From Octopus sinensis (Eukaryota): 64,000 nt of DNA. Location: the NCBI RefSeq assembly GCF_006345805.1, contig NC_043006.1, positions 98,270,001 to 98,334,000 on the forward strand, in the 5' to 3' direction. This document shows, one piece after another, positions 13,366 through 27,728 of the stretch; the first letter of the stretch is position 1, and every line of letters begins with the position of its first letter. The translations under genes were made by a program, and so were the position numbers. The notes under the pieces are model-generated. The model had not been told where the DNA came from. It searched no databases and saw only the letters and a list, made by a program, of their open reading frames with translations.

Positions 13366-13722
13366 GATAATAAAGCGTTCAGAATTCTTCCAGTTCTATA
13401 AAATTATAACCACATTCCTAAATTGCTTATAAGAATGAACGATATATTTGCATATATACCTATATTGTATGTCTCTATGAAAAAGTAGTTTGCGTAACAC
13501 TTACGGAATACTGGCAGGCACACACATTGTATATATTTATATATGTATATATGAATGAATGTATGTATGTTTGTATGCATTTATATCATTGTTCAATTTC
13601 ATTTCAAGATTTCTTGCCAATAGAGAGAGAGAGAGAGAGAGAGTTTCTAACCCATATTCAAGGCTCCTTTGGAATTTCGGAGTCCACAACATATCTTCGT
13701 TTGTATGTATGTATGTATGTAT

Positions 13723-16022
13723 ATGTGCAGATTTGCATGTTTTCCTTTATGTATGCATTTTCATGTATTTAGTTGCATATCTAGACTTGCTCATATATAT
13801 CTAAATGATACATTTCTGGAATTTTTTTTGCAGATTTTACAGTTCCCATGATGGAATGGATCTGTAGTCTTCGTATTAGCTTTCTCCATTCTGGTTTTGA
13901 GAAGTCTAATTTCTCAAGATTGATATTTAGGCAGTGTGTTACATAACACAGGGACCCGAAAATTTCCTGAACTCTGGATAGAGTAAATGCAGATTTCTCA
14001 ATACTTCAGTGTAGGTGATCTCTTTTTCCCTGATCTTCAGCTTTATGTTAACATCTGTGGAGCAGCTAATTTCCGCAAGTGTACATAGTGTCTCTTCTCT
14101 ATCCCAAATCCTTATATCAGGTCTGTTGTGCTTACATTATACTGGTACTCCTTTTTTATTATGAGTAGCTATGCATTCTACCATACTGTGTGTTCTTATT
14201 TATTTGTCCTTGGGGTTATATTTCCAATGGATTTCATTATAGCGTATTCTACTTATAATATCATGTCTCATCGGTAGATCATACCGTGACGACATTTTCG
14301 GATAACTGCTTATGATGTGGGTGATATCTTCTGTATTAACTCCACAAACTCTTCATCGGAACTTTCTACCAACATATCCATGCATAGACGTCTGCGTATA
14401 GAGGCTCATCCTTTCATCTGGGCAGGTATTTTAGGACATAATACAAAGAATGTTAATCAAGGAGCTGTCTTCCAAATCTTATGATGTTACCAGCCACATG
14501 CCTGCAAACTTGGTCAAGAAATTTCCTTTCGACACTTGGTGGTTAAAAGATTTTACCGAAGGGATATGATAGACATTCAAAGGCATTTTGGAGCGATGTT
14601 AAGCCTCTGCCACCTTGCTTCCGTGTTATGTAGAAGCGGTCTACGTCACTGTTTATGTGTAAATTGTGTGCTTGTTAGTATGTCTCGGATTTTCACATCA
14701 ATGGCTCGGATCTCATGAAGCATTCAATCAAACAGCGCAAATGTTGATATGATTACTGGCACTGCAAACACCTTCTGGCTACTGTTTTATGGAATGCAGA
14801 GAGTTTTCAGGTCCAAATTCCCTTTATTTGGTTGTAATAATTTTTAGTGACACGTTTTGTTACAGGTATCATTGCAAGATAAACTTTCATCCACCCCTAG
14901 ATACCTGTAACTTTCCTCGCCACATATAGAAGTCAAATCATTGATGGAGATGTTGCTATCTGGTTTATAGTTATCCCCATTTTCACAATCATATAACAAC
15001 ATTTATCCAGACCAAACTCCAACCCTACATTCTTTAAGAATATTGTAACTAGGTCGAGGCTCTTTTTCCTCTCATGCAGATTTTTTTATAAAGTTTAAAG
15101 TCATACATAAAGAAACTGTGTAATTTTAGTATTTCTGTTTCCTTGCGGTCCAGTGAAATAACATTTAGTTTTTCTTACCATTAATGACAAGGGGTTTACT
15201 GGAAGTGTAAGCAACATCACTGGGAGGCTGTCCCATTGGAAGATGCCTTTGCCAAACTGCATTCCATTAGTGAAAATACAGTCACAGTTTGTGATTAATT
15301 TCAGGATTAAGTTATGTCAGCTATGGATTTGACTCTGCTCACTGGAACTTTATAATATTGAAGGGCTTCTAGCATCCAAGTGTTGGGGACAGAGGCAAAG
15401 ACTTTCTTGTAGTCTAGTCACATTGAAACTAGCTCCTCCTATGCTCTCGCACCTCTGAGCACAGTTTTATTGATTAACACATCCCTGACACCCTTCCTTC
15501 CAGCTGCTTGCCCTGCTGTGATGTTGTTATTGGGTTCACAATGGCCCTGGGACGAAGAGGTTTCATGATGCTGTATATATCTTATACATTAAGTTCTGGC
15601 ATGCAACTCGCCGGTGTGTTTTTGCCATGTGCGTCCTTCGGCATTTCGGGATCAATTTAGTCTCTGCCAGAGCTAACCAATGTGTTGTGCTACTGTTCCC
15701 CTTGAGAACTTGCTGGTACAGATTGATAATATATGTTCTGGGGAAGGTTAGCTTCTTGTGCCAATATCCAACAATCAAGTCTCTTCCAAGTGCTTTTCTA
15801 TATTGAAGTTTCTGGACCACAGCATCAAGTGTCTTACCATCAATATTGTATGTCTTGTGTCTAATGTAGGACCAATAACCTTTACAGAGCACGTTAGTTA
15901 AACTCCTTCTATTCACTCCAGATTTTCCTCCAAGAAGAAGTCTGTCTTCCAGTCAAGGAGCTTCTGTGATGTTCACTGCTCTTCCTCTCATGTCTCTGTA
16001 TACTGCTGCCTGGTTCCTGTTA
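13723..16022 (-). mobile_element. 5'-truncated, decayed R4/Dong-type non-LTR retrotransposon (RT, CCHC-like region, restriction-like endonuclease)
   Basis: ORF 15563-15916 gives KALGRDLIVGYWHKKL..HWLALAETKLIPK..RVACQNLMYKIYT (early RT of the R4 clade). Later minus-strand remnants: FMYDFKLY (YxDD region), ESYRYLGVD, FAVPVI, THIISS..MRHD, and KHNRPDIRIWDREK..ISCSTDVNIKLKIREK (PD..D RLE). Confidence 0.8.
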
Positions 16023-19000
16023 TGGATGTATGTATGCATACATCTAAGGAAATGTTTACAAGTGTATCTTTTCATTATGAACATTTTTTCTGCCATACGA
16101 GTTGTATATCCATGTATACATTAGGGACGCTAAAGTGGTTACACACAAGCAAATACACACATACACACAATATTTAAGGAATGAAGTTGATAAGATCAGG
16201 GCTAATAAAGTTCCTGCTGCTCTGAAGTACTTTAGCCTCATCTATGCAGTGCATGATCCGTTGACGATCGTATAGTTGTATCTGACAAGTCAGACGTAGT
16301 AGAGCTTCGTTGTAGAATAGTTGCTGAAGAGAAAAATACCGTTATAGAACTTCGCCTTCAAATCTATTTCTATCATACAAATATATGGATTTCGGCTGGC
16401 ACTGTTGCTTTAGTTGTCTAGTATAAATTTCAACATTAATATGGTAGCATATGTCTCGCAAGCTCCGCTTCCGGATGCACGTCATTCATGTCTATATAGG
16501 AGCGTCTCATCTTACTAGCTTGGGGAGAATTGTGTGATATCATTTATGTCATGATAGGTATACAATGAAATCTAACCATTAGATTATTCTAAATGTTGAC
16601 TATCGTCGTGGCTTTTGCCAACTTGTTTATATATTAACTGTATTAGATATTTATCTTGTCACAAAAACTGTAGTGGGGAGAATGAATTAAATTATATTCC
16701 AATGACATTTGTAGAACCAAGTGTTGGATGATGGCAGACCTTTTGTGCCGTTGTTATCCTAGGGAGCGCCAATTTACTGGAAAATAACCTGGAGCTTCAG
16801 CTACTTACATTTTTGACATTTTATTTCAAATGTGGTTTATATCTGATACAGTATTAATATGGTCGTGTTATCAACTAAGATACCCGAATGGCTTCGGTAA
16901 ATAAGTTGAAAGATTTAAAGACCTAAATGACGGATTATTATATTCTGTCAAGTCAATGGACATAGGTGTATTTTTATACACTTATGGCATCGTTGTCTCA
17001 GAGAACAACTGTTTCAGATAGCGATTAATGAACTAAATTATGTAGTATGTGTAATGCAACTTACAAGCATACGCCCAGTCAAACAATCCAGTGTTCATAT
17101 CGTGCACTGGTTTTCTTGCAGGTGCAATTGCTGGAAAATATGTTTCACTAATATTCACAATTACTGCAACGTTTCGAGCATGTAGTGCGCGTTAGCATAC
17201 TTCCTTAGATAACGAATTATAAAGCTGTACAAAATTTAATTGGATGTCACCTTAAAACGATATACGAATTTACATGTATTAAACTCGAGTCGTTATTCAA
17301 ATACTATCACTTATCTACATCAATACGTTATTGATCAATATTCAGGTCACTGACTTGGCTAGGTTTACCAGTCTACATTTATAATTAAGCATAAAATTAT
17401 CTTACAACGTATTTTTTTGCGTTATTGAATACAGTAATTTCCAGTGTATGTTACAATTTCTTCGAAATTAAAGACAAAAGCTCACAATTGAATGACTTGC
17501 TCCGATAATCTTCTAGTGTAATACTCATTAGTCGTTCGGTACTATTTGTTTGGTGTAGCGATGATATAGATTCATGTTTAATGTTCTATTATAATAAGAA
17601 ACGTTCTCGTATACATTGAGAAACTATAAATCACAACAAGTGAGTAATCTCATATAGTAGTATAAAATTTGTAGAAATTGTATGTACAGTACAATATGAG
17701 AGATCAATGTAGGTGCCTGAGCAAAGGTTATGAATAAGACGAGAAAACGCACAATATTTAAAATAAATGTAAATGCTTTTATTTATCATTTGTACATCAT
17801 TAACGCCCTAGCTGTTAAGTTTTCATATTTATCAAGATTAATATATTTTTAACATTGTTGAGCACACGCATACTCTATTGTATATAACATTTATTTACTT
17901 TATATCTTGGACTGCATTTCATGTTTACAATTCTTAAGATATTGAATACATTTAAAAATCGTTTTAGTAGATTCTTCTTACCCCATTACAAGAATTAATC
18001 TATTAATTTTTTTTTTTACACTGAACCACTAATTGAATTAGTTTGCGAAATATTAAGTTATTCAAGTGATTGGTGAAAAAGTGAGAAAGAAATGAGTTTG
18101 AGTTTGAGACGGATCTATCCCACGGATATTGAGTACCTTCATAAAAATACAAGTAAGTGCTCCAAAAGAATATTTCGAATTTTAAGTGGCGTTTGCATTT
18201 TATTAGAAGTACGTATAAAGTTTTCAATTTCCTGAAGCTAATTGAATGTATGTTTATTTCAAGAAACTTTTCGTTATCATTCTAAGAGTACGGTTGTATA
18301 ATGTGTGCATTGTGCACCTTTGACGGGATCCTATCGTAAGAGCCGGTGGGGGTGTTCTAACGATTGCTGCGTACTTTTTGATGTGTTGTAGTTGAAAATC
18401 ATCTTCTTGCAGTGATTTACTAGATTATCAACAGATTCTTTCATGAACTACATGTTAAGTTAAAGTTAACATGTACAATTGAAAACCAAACTTAATAAAT
18501 AGTTTCGTATAAAGTTTCCAAATAGTAATCTGTGAGTAATCTGGAAACATTGTGTGACTAATAATAGTCATAGAAGTCGGTAAATTGTTACATTTCCGTC
18601 AGTTTCAGCTCTGAACGTACTAATTAAATGCTAGACATTCACTGCTTCATTATCTTCTCTATGCAATGTGCTAATGGATGTGGCATACAGCAAGGTATAA
18701 TTTACTTGTGAGTTGGAGATCCAAAGTATTTTCAATTTTCAAATCGCTCAAATTATTTCGTTTCACTTTCATTACTTGTATTTCTAGTCAGCACATGGGC
18801 GCTTAATTTTCGCATGCGAATCACTAAAAATATACATTATTTCTTTTCCAAATGTAGAGTAAACAACTTTGCAAGTGTTATTTTAATTTTGGTATTGATT
18901 ACTACGATATAATACGTTGGAAAGTTATAGCGCATGGGTGTTCATACCATTGTGAGTGCTACCTCGCATTTAATAAAAAAAAATAAACATAGAAGGTTCA

Positions 19001-21956
19001 GGTTATTTCTATGCATGGAACGGCTTTAACGTGATTTAGCATTTGTTTCTAGGTTAAGACTCTTAGATTTTGAAAACAAATTACGAGCAGATTATATCGT
19101 GATACTGCACGAACGCTATCATTCTAAAGAAAAAAACCTTTCATGATTGTTGGTTGTAGATCGTTCACAAAGCATATCCTGAATATACACTTCAACCGAT
19201 AAGTTTTGCCCAAAAACTAACGTATCATATTTTTATTCGTTGTATCTAAAATGCGTACGTTTTGAAAGTAGGTATGTAAGTACGTAAGTTTTATTGTATT
19301 TTACGGTTATAATTAATACTAAATGAATTCCAGGATGCTATAGTTGTCCTAATAAGGTCTGAAATAAAGACGGACATGTCTAGGAGGTTTTGTTAAGGAA
19401 GTAATTTTTGGATAGGGGTGGGGAGTTGGGTAGCAGAACGATATCCTACTAGAAAGGTAATAAAAAAGAAATATGCTAGCAGCAGACACATATAACTTAG
19501 GAAAAAGTCTGGAATCCGGTAACTGTAAATTGGGCATAATAGAAGCAAGAACTGGTGCACAGCCTCTTATAATCCAACATTTCAAGACCCGAGAACCATC
19601 GAATATCAATTTCAATTAATCTGTTAACGACGTTCTCGATTAAGCATCAAAATTCTTCCAACGAAAGAAGAACCAGTATGTCCTCTGTACCTCAGGAAAG
19701 AAGTATATGAGCATACTCCTTGCATCTGCACAAAAGCCCTGAGAGATAAAACAGGACTGTTCTTACTATGAGCAGATTTTGATCACCATTGACAACACTT
19801 GCTGCAGGAAAAGTTATCCATTGTAAGCGTTTTCGCATCCCAAAGAAAACTATCACATTCGTTAAAACGTGGGTGAATGGGTAATACAAGATAGCATAAC
19901 CAGTCAGGATTACGTCATGTGGCTTTCTAACAACGACATAATAGTAGCAACTGAAAGCTGAAATAGACTATCAGCTGAGGTTTCCAGAAATAATCACCAT
20001 AGTATCACTAACGCCAGGCATTTAGCAGATAGCAGAACTTGGAGAGAGGTCATCATATTTCAGATCTTCATTTACTTCGATTATCATATCGAGAGATGCA
20101 ACGATAGGAAGAAGGCAACTTAAGAGATCCGGTGGAAATATATAAAAACAACCAGGTGTATTTGAGTTGCGTAAGGCGAGAGATATAATTTTGGCAGGCT
20201 AGTCGCTCAGCAGGGTTTACATTCTGCTGGCTAATAGAAAGGTGACTAGGCGATAGGTTATCAAGTTAACCGGTGAAGCGGGTTATTTATTGAAGGTAAT
20301 CTTGAAAAATGTGTAAAGTAATACTATTTTGACCAAAAGCAAGGCTTCATTTACTTCGTTGTACTGCTTGAGTAAAAATATTTACTTGTTGAAGTACCCA
20401 CTCCCAATATCCAGTGACCTCTACTGACGTGACAGATGATAAGATGGGGTACGTCATGAGGGGATTACAAAGAAACTGCGTATTCTATACGTTTGAAATC
20501 TCATATATTTCCATACTATACAAATTTCTATAAAGAGTTGGTAATTATTTGAACAGAATGATTAATCGTTTGACGGTCATTCCATTCTACTTGGCAAAAG
20601 GAAAATTGACTTATTGGTTATAATTACAAGTAAAAGCAATTAAAGGAATTAAATTCTTAATCTTTATGGATTTTCAATATGCGATAAATTGCCCACTTCA
20701 TGCAATCTTTAAGTTAATGAACAACACCAGGTAATATGCCAATTAATTCTCCAGAATAAATTGGCAGTTTTACACGTAATGTTCAGGTTTCTCGTCAAAA
20801 CGGGGAATTTTTGAAAATGCTCCCTGTATTTAAATAATAAATTTCGACTATTCATTATGATAGGTTAAATGCCTTATAGCACCCTGCTAGAAATGACTGC
20901 TAACTTTCATTTAAATCCCATTCCATAGTAAAAACAATAATGAAGTGAAAGAATAAATTGTGACCGAAATTTTCCCTCAACGGAATTGTATACGTTGCTA
21001 TATGATTTCGTTTGAACTTTTGTACAACACCACCATCCGTGAGTTTGATTATAGGTACAGATTAAATATTTTTTTATTCCCCAAATTATCCCTTTATTTA
21101 TATATTTCATCCCTAATATAATTTTACGACATATTGGAGACATACTTGAGTAAGATATTCTTTTCATAAACAGTGTGCTCGGGCAAAACTGGACGATGTT
21201 TATATGTCTCCTTTCTTCAGGAACATCTTGAAACACTATGGAACAGTCAACAAGATTGGTGAGCATAAACATTACAGTTATAGATGAGAAAAAGTTAGAT
21301 GCCATGGACGACACGGAGCAAACTGAATAATGGAAAAGAGTTAGATGTAATTCTTAGTAGTCTTAGACACGTACGGAATAGGAGTAAAGAATGATTGCAT
21401 AAAACGGTTACAAAATAGATGTAAAAGAATTAGATTAATAAAGACTAATATATCTTATTCCCAATTATTTTGGAACACTTAGACATTCGTTAAAACTATG
21501 ATGTATTCCGTGTTTCAAGATTATACTGTAGTGTATCGTTTGTTGTTCTTACATAAAGGCAACATGTCTTTTCCTCTGAAAGTTACTATCCTTACTTAGC
21601 TGATGTTTGCGGTAGATGCAAGGATTTTCATTTGTAGGAAGATTTTTCCAATTTATTTCACCCAATTTGTATATGTAACAAGCTGCTTCTACAATGAAAT
21701 GTTTTGTGACAACTCCACATGTACATTCCATATATAAAGTTTACTGTCCCTCTGTTGATAATTCGTTCCTTTCACTCAACTCTCTACGTATATTTCTATG
21801 AACATATAAAAGGTAAACGAGAAAGGAAAACTGCGTTTTTCTATATCACATACATTAGGGTCACTAATTCAAACTAAAAAGATCGATTTACTATTTTGAT
21901 AAAATTTAGGTCAATGATAAAATTATCAAATTCATATCAATGAAATATATATTCCC

Positions 21957-22048
21957 ACGGGCATATGGCGTAGTGTTTAAGAGCGCGGGCTACTAACCCC
22001 CAGATTCTGAGATCGATTCCAGGCAGTGACCTAATTAATAATAATAAT
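21957..22048 (+). mobile_element. SINE-like family C: tRNA head plus (AAT)n, tail absent
   Basis: gcatatggcgtagtgtttaagagcgcgggctactaacccc..gatcgattccaggcagtgacct matches the head of the copy ending at 34268. Confidence 0.75.
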
Positions 22049-22928
22049 ATATAACTCTTATTTTGAAATTAAAGTTCTATTTCAATTCTTTATAATTAAT
22101 TTTTCTAAAGCGAGTCTCATTAAACAAACGTATATTCAAATGCCTTTTAAGGGTCACCTCCACGGCGTTTCAGGCTCTAGATGGGTTAAAGCTATATTCT
22201 CAGCTTTTGTTATTTTCAAAAGTTTATATCTTAGTTGCAAACTCTAGCACGTCAAGCAACCGCATTCAGTATCTATAATGGAAAATATTCATTCGAAAGT
22301 GGAGGAAGTCACTGCAAAGTGGAGAAGTTGATCACAATTGCTCTCATTTCATTGAAATTGTTACCTTTTACGTTTCAAACAATAAAATTCATTAGCAGAG
22401 CATTGATAATTTAGTTAATGAAACCATAGATTATAATTTGTAATATTGGTAGACTTTCAAAGAATTAGAGTACCAATTTGTAGTGAAAACATTAAAAATA
22501 AAATTTGTAATTCTTTGTGTATTAAATTGAATTATTATTCATATCAATTATACTTATTTACAAATGCATTTCAAAGAGCCAGCATTTACTTTGATTTCCT
22601 CCTCTTGAAATGCTAAATTAAAAATTGAGAATAAAAATTCAAACCAAATAATAGATTAGCATTTATCAGGAATCTTTGTTAAATCATACGAATGTATGGC
22701 AACAAAAGATAGTCTTTGTTACAGATATCGAAGAAAGATTAATAATTATGATTGCTTGCTGATTGCACTTCTATGTGTGGCGAGGAATAATCAAATCATA
22801 TGAACAAATAGAATAATTCACAGAGAATAAATTAGTAAATTTAAAACAAATAGGCATTTCACTCTATAACACTGCTATGGCATGTTACGCTGATATATAC
22901 GAGTATATAAATATATATTTATATGCAC

Positions 22929-22929
<1 letters not shown>

Positions 22930-22959
<30 letters not shown>

Positions 22960-23270
22960 TGTATGTATGTATGTATGTATGTATGTATGTATGTATGTAT
23001 GTATATATGTATGTATGTATGTATGTATATATATGTGTGTATGTATGTATGTATGTATGTTGTATGTATGTATGTATATATGTATGTATGTGTGTATGTA
23101 TGTATGTATGTATGTATGTATGTATGTATGTATGTATGTATGATGTATGTATGTATGTATGTGTGTATGTGTGTGTGTATGTATATATGTGTGTATGTAT
23201 GTATGTATGTATGTATGTATGTATGCATGTATGTATGTATGTATGTATGTATATATTTATGTATAGAGAA

Positions 23271-23309
<39 letters not shown>

Positions 23310-23310
23310 G
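22930..23310. repeat. (ATGT)n microsatellite followed by (AG)n
   Basis: Directly visible. Confidence 0.95.
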
Positions 23311-23789
23311 GACAGATAATTAAATATAGATAGATATGTAGATATTGCTATATAGATATAGATGTAAGACTGTTACGTCCAATTTTTCTCATAATTATTT
23401 GAGGGCAATTTTCCAATATTTTCATTAAAATAAGTGTTATTTTTTCCTGTCTTTTGCCATTAATTTTGGTGGTTGTGGCTAAAGATTTATTGATTTTTAT
23501 TCCGTAATATAATGCAGTTGGCTCAGACCCATATGAAACAGGCCATGCTATATGAATTCAAAAGCCTTTCAGCAACTGAACCTGCATGGAATATCCCATC
23601 TCTCTACCGAAATGAAGGTGCCCTGTTATACGAATGAAACGTTGGCTATTTTTACTCGGTAGATTTTTCTCTTGCAGATGCGCCTCAATCTAGACGACCA
23701 AGCAGAATTTACATTACTCTCTGTCTTTCTCTGGCTCTATCCTTCGATTATTTAGTATTGTTAAAACAGTCTTTTAAATTTCTCCGCTG

Positions 23790-25310
23790 CTGTGATTGTT
23801 GGTAGGCTAGCAAAGGAAGACTTCATAGGAAACAGACAAATAAAGAAGGATGGCTTCTTTGATCAGATTAAATGCCCAAATTGTAAACCATGGCATACAT
23901 GCACAAGTCTGTGAAACTCTCAACTTCTCAAAACAAAATTGTCGAGTGATCAAAAACCTGACCATCACAAACTGTTAACACACAGCATTAGATTGGCAGA
24001 CGGATTCTTAGAAAAACAGACAAATCGAAATGCATCAAACGTGTGAAAGAATGTGATGATGCCCAGATACCCGATCCAAGATAGAGCTTCATCACAGATG
24101 ATGGAAATGCAGTGTTCCATTGCTTGAGTGTGATTCCACAAATATTCGGGAAATATCTCTGCCCTTCACCTGTCACCTATCATTTTTAGCAATGACATTT
24201 ACGACGGAGTCTCTGTAAATGGGGTGAAACGAATCAGACAAGGTGCGGGAGATAAATTAATCCTGAGTGGTGACAAAACAAAGCATCCTAAAGACTGGAA
24301 AGTACTTTTTAGAAATGATGAGAACAAGACACATTCCATTCAGCTTTTGCTCTCAACTTGGAGGAGTGGAGGTGTCTGCTGACATTCTCACTGGACATGA
24401 GATAGTAATGATATGTGAAGGAAAAGCTTACACTTGACGTCGGATGGACATAATACATGCTGTTAGTATCTCGAATCTTCACAGAAAGAAACTGACACTC
24501 ATGTGATCCTGCATTGCATGTATGCCAAAGAACGGGAGTGCAAGTCCGTTCGCATGAGGAGCCCCGATTCAGATATATTTTCCATCTTACGTCACCATGC
24601 TAGATTCCTGGAAGGACTTCAAATTCTGTTTGAAACTGGAAAGGGCAACACACGACGCTGTATCGATGTGACCAAACTGACAATGTCTTCCACGCCAGTT
24701 CTCTGTTTACATAGCTGAGTTATTATGCCTAAAACGGGTTCGACTGTGCTAGAGCCTTGAAAGGGAAGGGGAAAGTGAAGGGACTGAAAGTGGCTGAAAT
24801 AGATGAATCATTCCAGAAAGCGTTCTCTATGTTAGGAGAGTTTTGGCAAGTCCACGAGGAGGTGGTAAATGAACTGGGGAAGTTCACATGTGTGCTGTAT
24901 AGTAACAAAAGGACAAAACTGGTGAATACATTGCGGTTCACAAACTTGCAAGCAAATTACGGTGGGAAGGGGGAATTTCACAAAATCTAAGAAATTCGAT
25001 TTCGCTTCACTTCCCCCATGTAGAAACTTCCTCAAGCAACTCGTTCGGCGAAGAGACCTCCAGACCAGGATATGGAAACTGGCGAACATTGTAAAGCCTT
25101 CAGTGTCTAGACCAGACTATGGGAGCTGGAATCATGAAACCGATGTGAACAGAAGGGGAAGTGATGGCTTGTTAGTTGGTGGATATTCTGGAGGAAGAAT
25201 TTGAAGATGAAACTTGTCAGATCCTGGCCCTGATAGTGACAGTGAACTTAGTGAAAGTGATTACCTTGACAGAGTAGAATCGGACAGTGAGAATGATGCA
25301 CAAATAATGT
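23790..25310 (+). mobile_element. Academ-like DNA transposon remnant (XPG/PIN-like nuclease region), multiply frameshifted
   Basis: Translated pieces: DGFFDQIK, TDGFLRKTDKSK, DGNAVFH, KTKHPKDWK..RNDENK, ESSQKETDTHVILHCMYA, SPDSDIF, LKGKGKVK, FASLPPC..QTRIWKLA, then an acidic tail. These match the EEAD/SPDTD/GCD..GKGK/LPPC signature I recall for Academ proteins. TIRs were not located. Confidence 0.65.
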
Positions 25311-26739
25311 TGTCGTCTTTGACAATTCAGTGGCGTATGTGGATGGGACGACGTCCAATGCATTACAAAGTTAATGAAAGGAAATTGCTATAAACACCCA
25401 TAATTTCCATAACCTGATTTTTCATTGCTTTTTCAAACCCGAGTGTTTTGATCCTCTTGCAAACAAGGAGCTATATACATACATACATTTAAATGTGTAT
25501 GATATCATTCACGCACACATACCTGCTTATATATATATATACAACATACATAAGAAATATAAGCTCTGTTATTTATATATGCTTCTCTATTTGTGTCTAT
25601 CTATGTACGTCAGTTTTCATATCCCTCACGTTCACTCTCTCTACCACTCTCACGCTCTTATCTCCCTATATATATGGTGTATACGTATATATACGTGTGT
25701 GTGTGTGTGTATGTGTGTGTGTGTGTATGTGTGTGTGTGTGTGTGTGTGCTTCTCTATGAGATATCGAATTTATGCTTACGGACGTGAAACAAAAACACT
25801 ATTTCAAGATCAATTTACAAAATTAAGCGAAGCTAAAAAAAATTTTTAAATGTTGATGCGTATTCCTGTAATTTTAATTTATGCTATGATTGTTTGCAAA
25901 TATGAAATTCTAAGCGCAAGAAAACCCATAAATATATTCAAGAATAGCTGTGAAAAATAGAGAGAATGAGATAGTACGTAAAAACCTGAGAACAAAGTGA
26001 AACATTGAGAGATATGGAAATGTTAGAAAGAATAAAAACTATATATAACTTAAATATACTGACGTGGAAGCAAACGTATCCGAAATAACCTGTTTCAAAC
26101 ATTATCTACAAAAACTTCCAAATCCGGTATAAATATGAATTTTTATATGATTCTGAATATTAAGGGTAATTGAAATGGCTGCAGAAAAAAACGGTATCTG
26201 AAATAACAAATATATTGTTTGCCTTCCGTTTTACATAAATAAATACACATCTATTTTTATGTTATGATTTATGTATAAATACATATGTATAAGTATACAT
26301 TTTTATATGAATACATATATACGCACACATATGTATATGTATATATGTATATGTATATGTATATATGTATATATTTATATATAATCACATATATGCACCT
26401 ATATATTGAAACCTAATTGTCTTAATGTGTGTGTGTGTGTATCATTATGTGTACATGTGCAAATGTTTACACATACATAGAGGAGCACAGTCTGTCCTGC
26501 TTCTACCTATGCGGTTGCAGTAAAAGCACTGGAATCGGCTGTGTGCCAAAATTTGAGAAGAATATTCTAGGATCTTTTTGCAAAACATAACATTATTTCC
26601 ATATTTTGTATTAGTTGGAAGAAATTCGCGTTACCGTTAGGGTTATATTAAACATATGCAGGTTTTCTTTTCTATTTTGTCCTAGAGCGTTTGCTGTAAT
26701 GGAGAAATATTTGTGAATTTATTTACTTATTGACAAATG

Positions 26740-27300
26740 TGCTAGTCATGGCCTTTTGAAAAACAATAATGAATGCCTTTGAAACTTTTATTAAAAAAAA
26801 CATTTAAAAACTAATATTCCTTTTAATCTAGCACAATAGTTTCAAACGTTGAAACTCCTGATAAACGACTACGGGAATTAAATCAAATACTACCCGAGAG
26901 AAAATATCCCTCAGTGTTAAAAGACAAAGTAATAGAGTATACCCACATCAATAAATATTCAGGAATTGCAAAAAATACTTCAGATATACCCAAAAGTATA
27001 CCCATTCTTACCCCCCCCCCGCCCCAAAAAAGAATCTCAGAGTTTTACAACTTTATTCATAGAAAATTCCTCCACTGAGATGAAACCGAATCATGAAACA
27101 AGCAATTAAAGTACACAAAAGACAATCAAAATCACTCACCAGCGTTCATGTACCATCTACAAACCCCACACCAACATTCAGATATGTGGCTGCTTCAATG
27201 TCGGGACTTGCAACAACCTCATTCAGAACAAATATGTATATACTTTTGATGATCAGGTAAAATGAACAAGGTAAAAATCTGTTCCATGTTCACTTTTACC
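26740..27300 (+). mobile_element. Decayed Penelope-like (Neptune-type) fragment, RT thumb to Zn-linker
   Basis: Remnants ETPDKRLRELNQIL.ERKYPS, KRQSKSLT and QICGCFNVGTCNNLIQ parallel the KRQPKSLKNLLT..C..CKTCIHL region of the element at 42-43.7 kb. Confidence 0.5.
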
Positions 27301-27323
27301 TGATCCTCAAACATTTCAATATA

Positions 27324-27533
27324 TACTCTTTTACTCTTTTACTTGTTTCAGTCATTTGACTGCGGCCATGCTGGAGCACCGCCTTTAGTCGAACAACTCG
27401 ACCCCGGGACTTATTCTTTGTAAGTCCAGTACTTATTCTATCGGTCTCTTTCGCCGAACCGCTAAGTGACGGGGACATAAACACGCCAGCATCGGTTGTC
27501 AAGCAATGCTAGGGGGACAAACACAGACACACA

Positions 27534-27565
<32 letters not shown>

Positions 27566-27728
27566 CTTATATACGACGGGCTTCTTTCAGTTTCCGTCTA
27601 CCAAATCCACTCACAAGGCATTGGTCGGCCCGGGGCTATAGTAGAAGACACTTGCGCAAGGTGCCACGCAGTGGGACTGAACCCTGAACCATGTGGTTGG
27701 TTAGCAAGCTACTTACCACAGAGCCACT
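27324..27728 (-). mobile_element. SINE family A, full length
   Basis: Colinear with the other copies. Confidence 0.9.

Noticed and set aside
20907-21314. 135-aa minus-strand ORF
   Set aside because: No recognisable motif, and it runs through AT-rich intron-like sequence.
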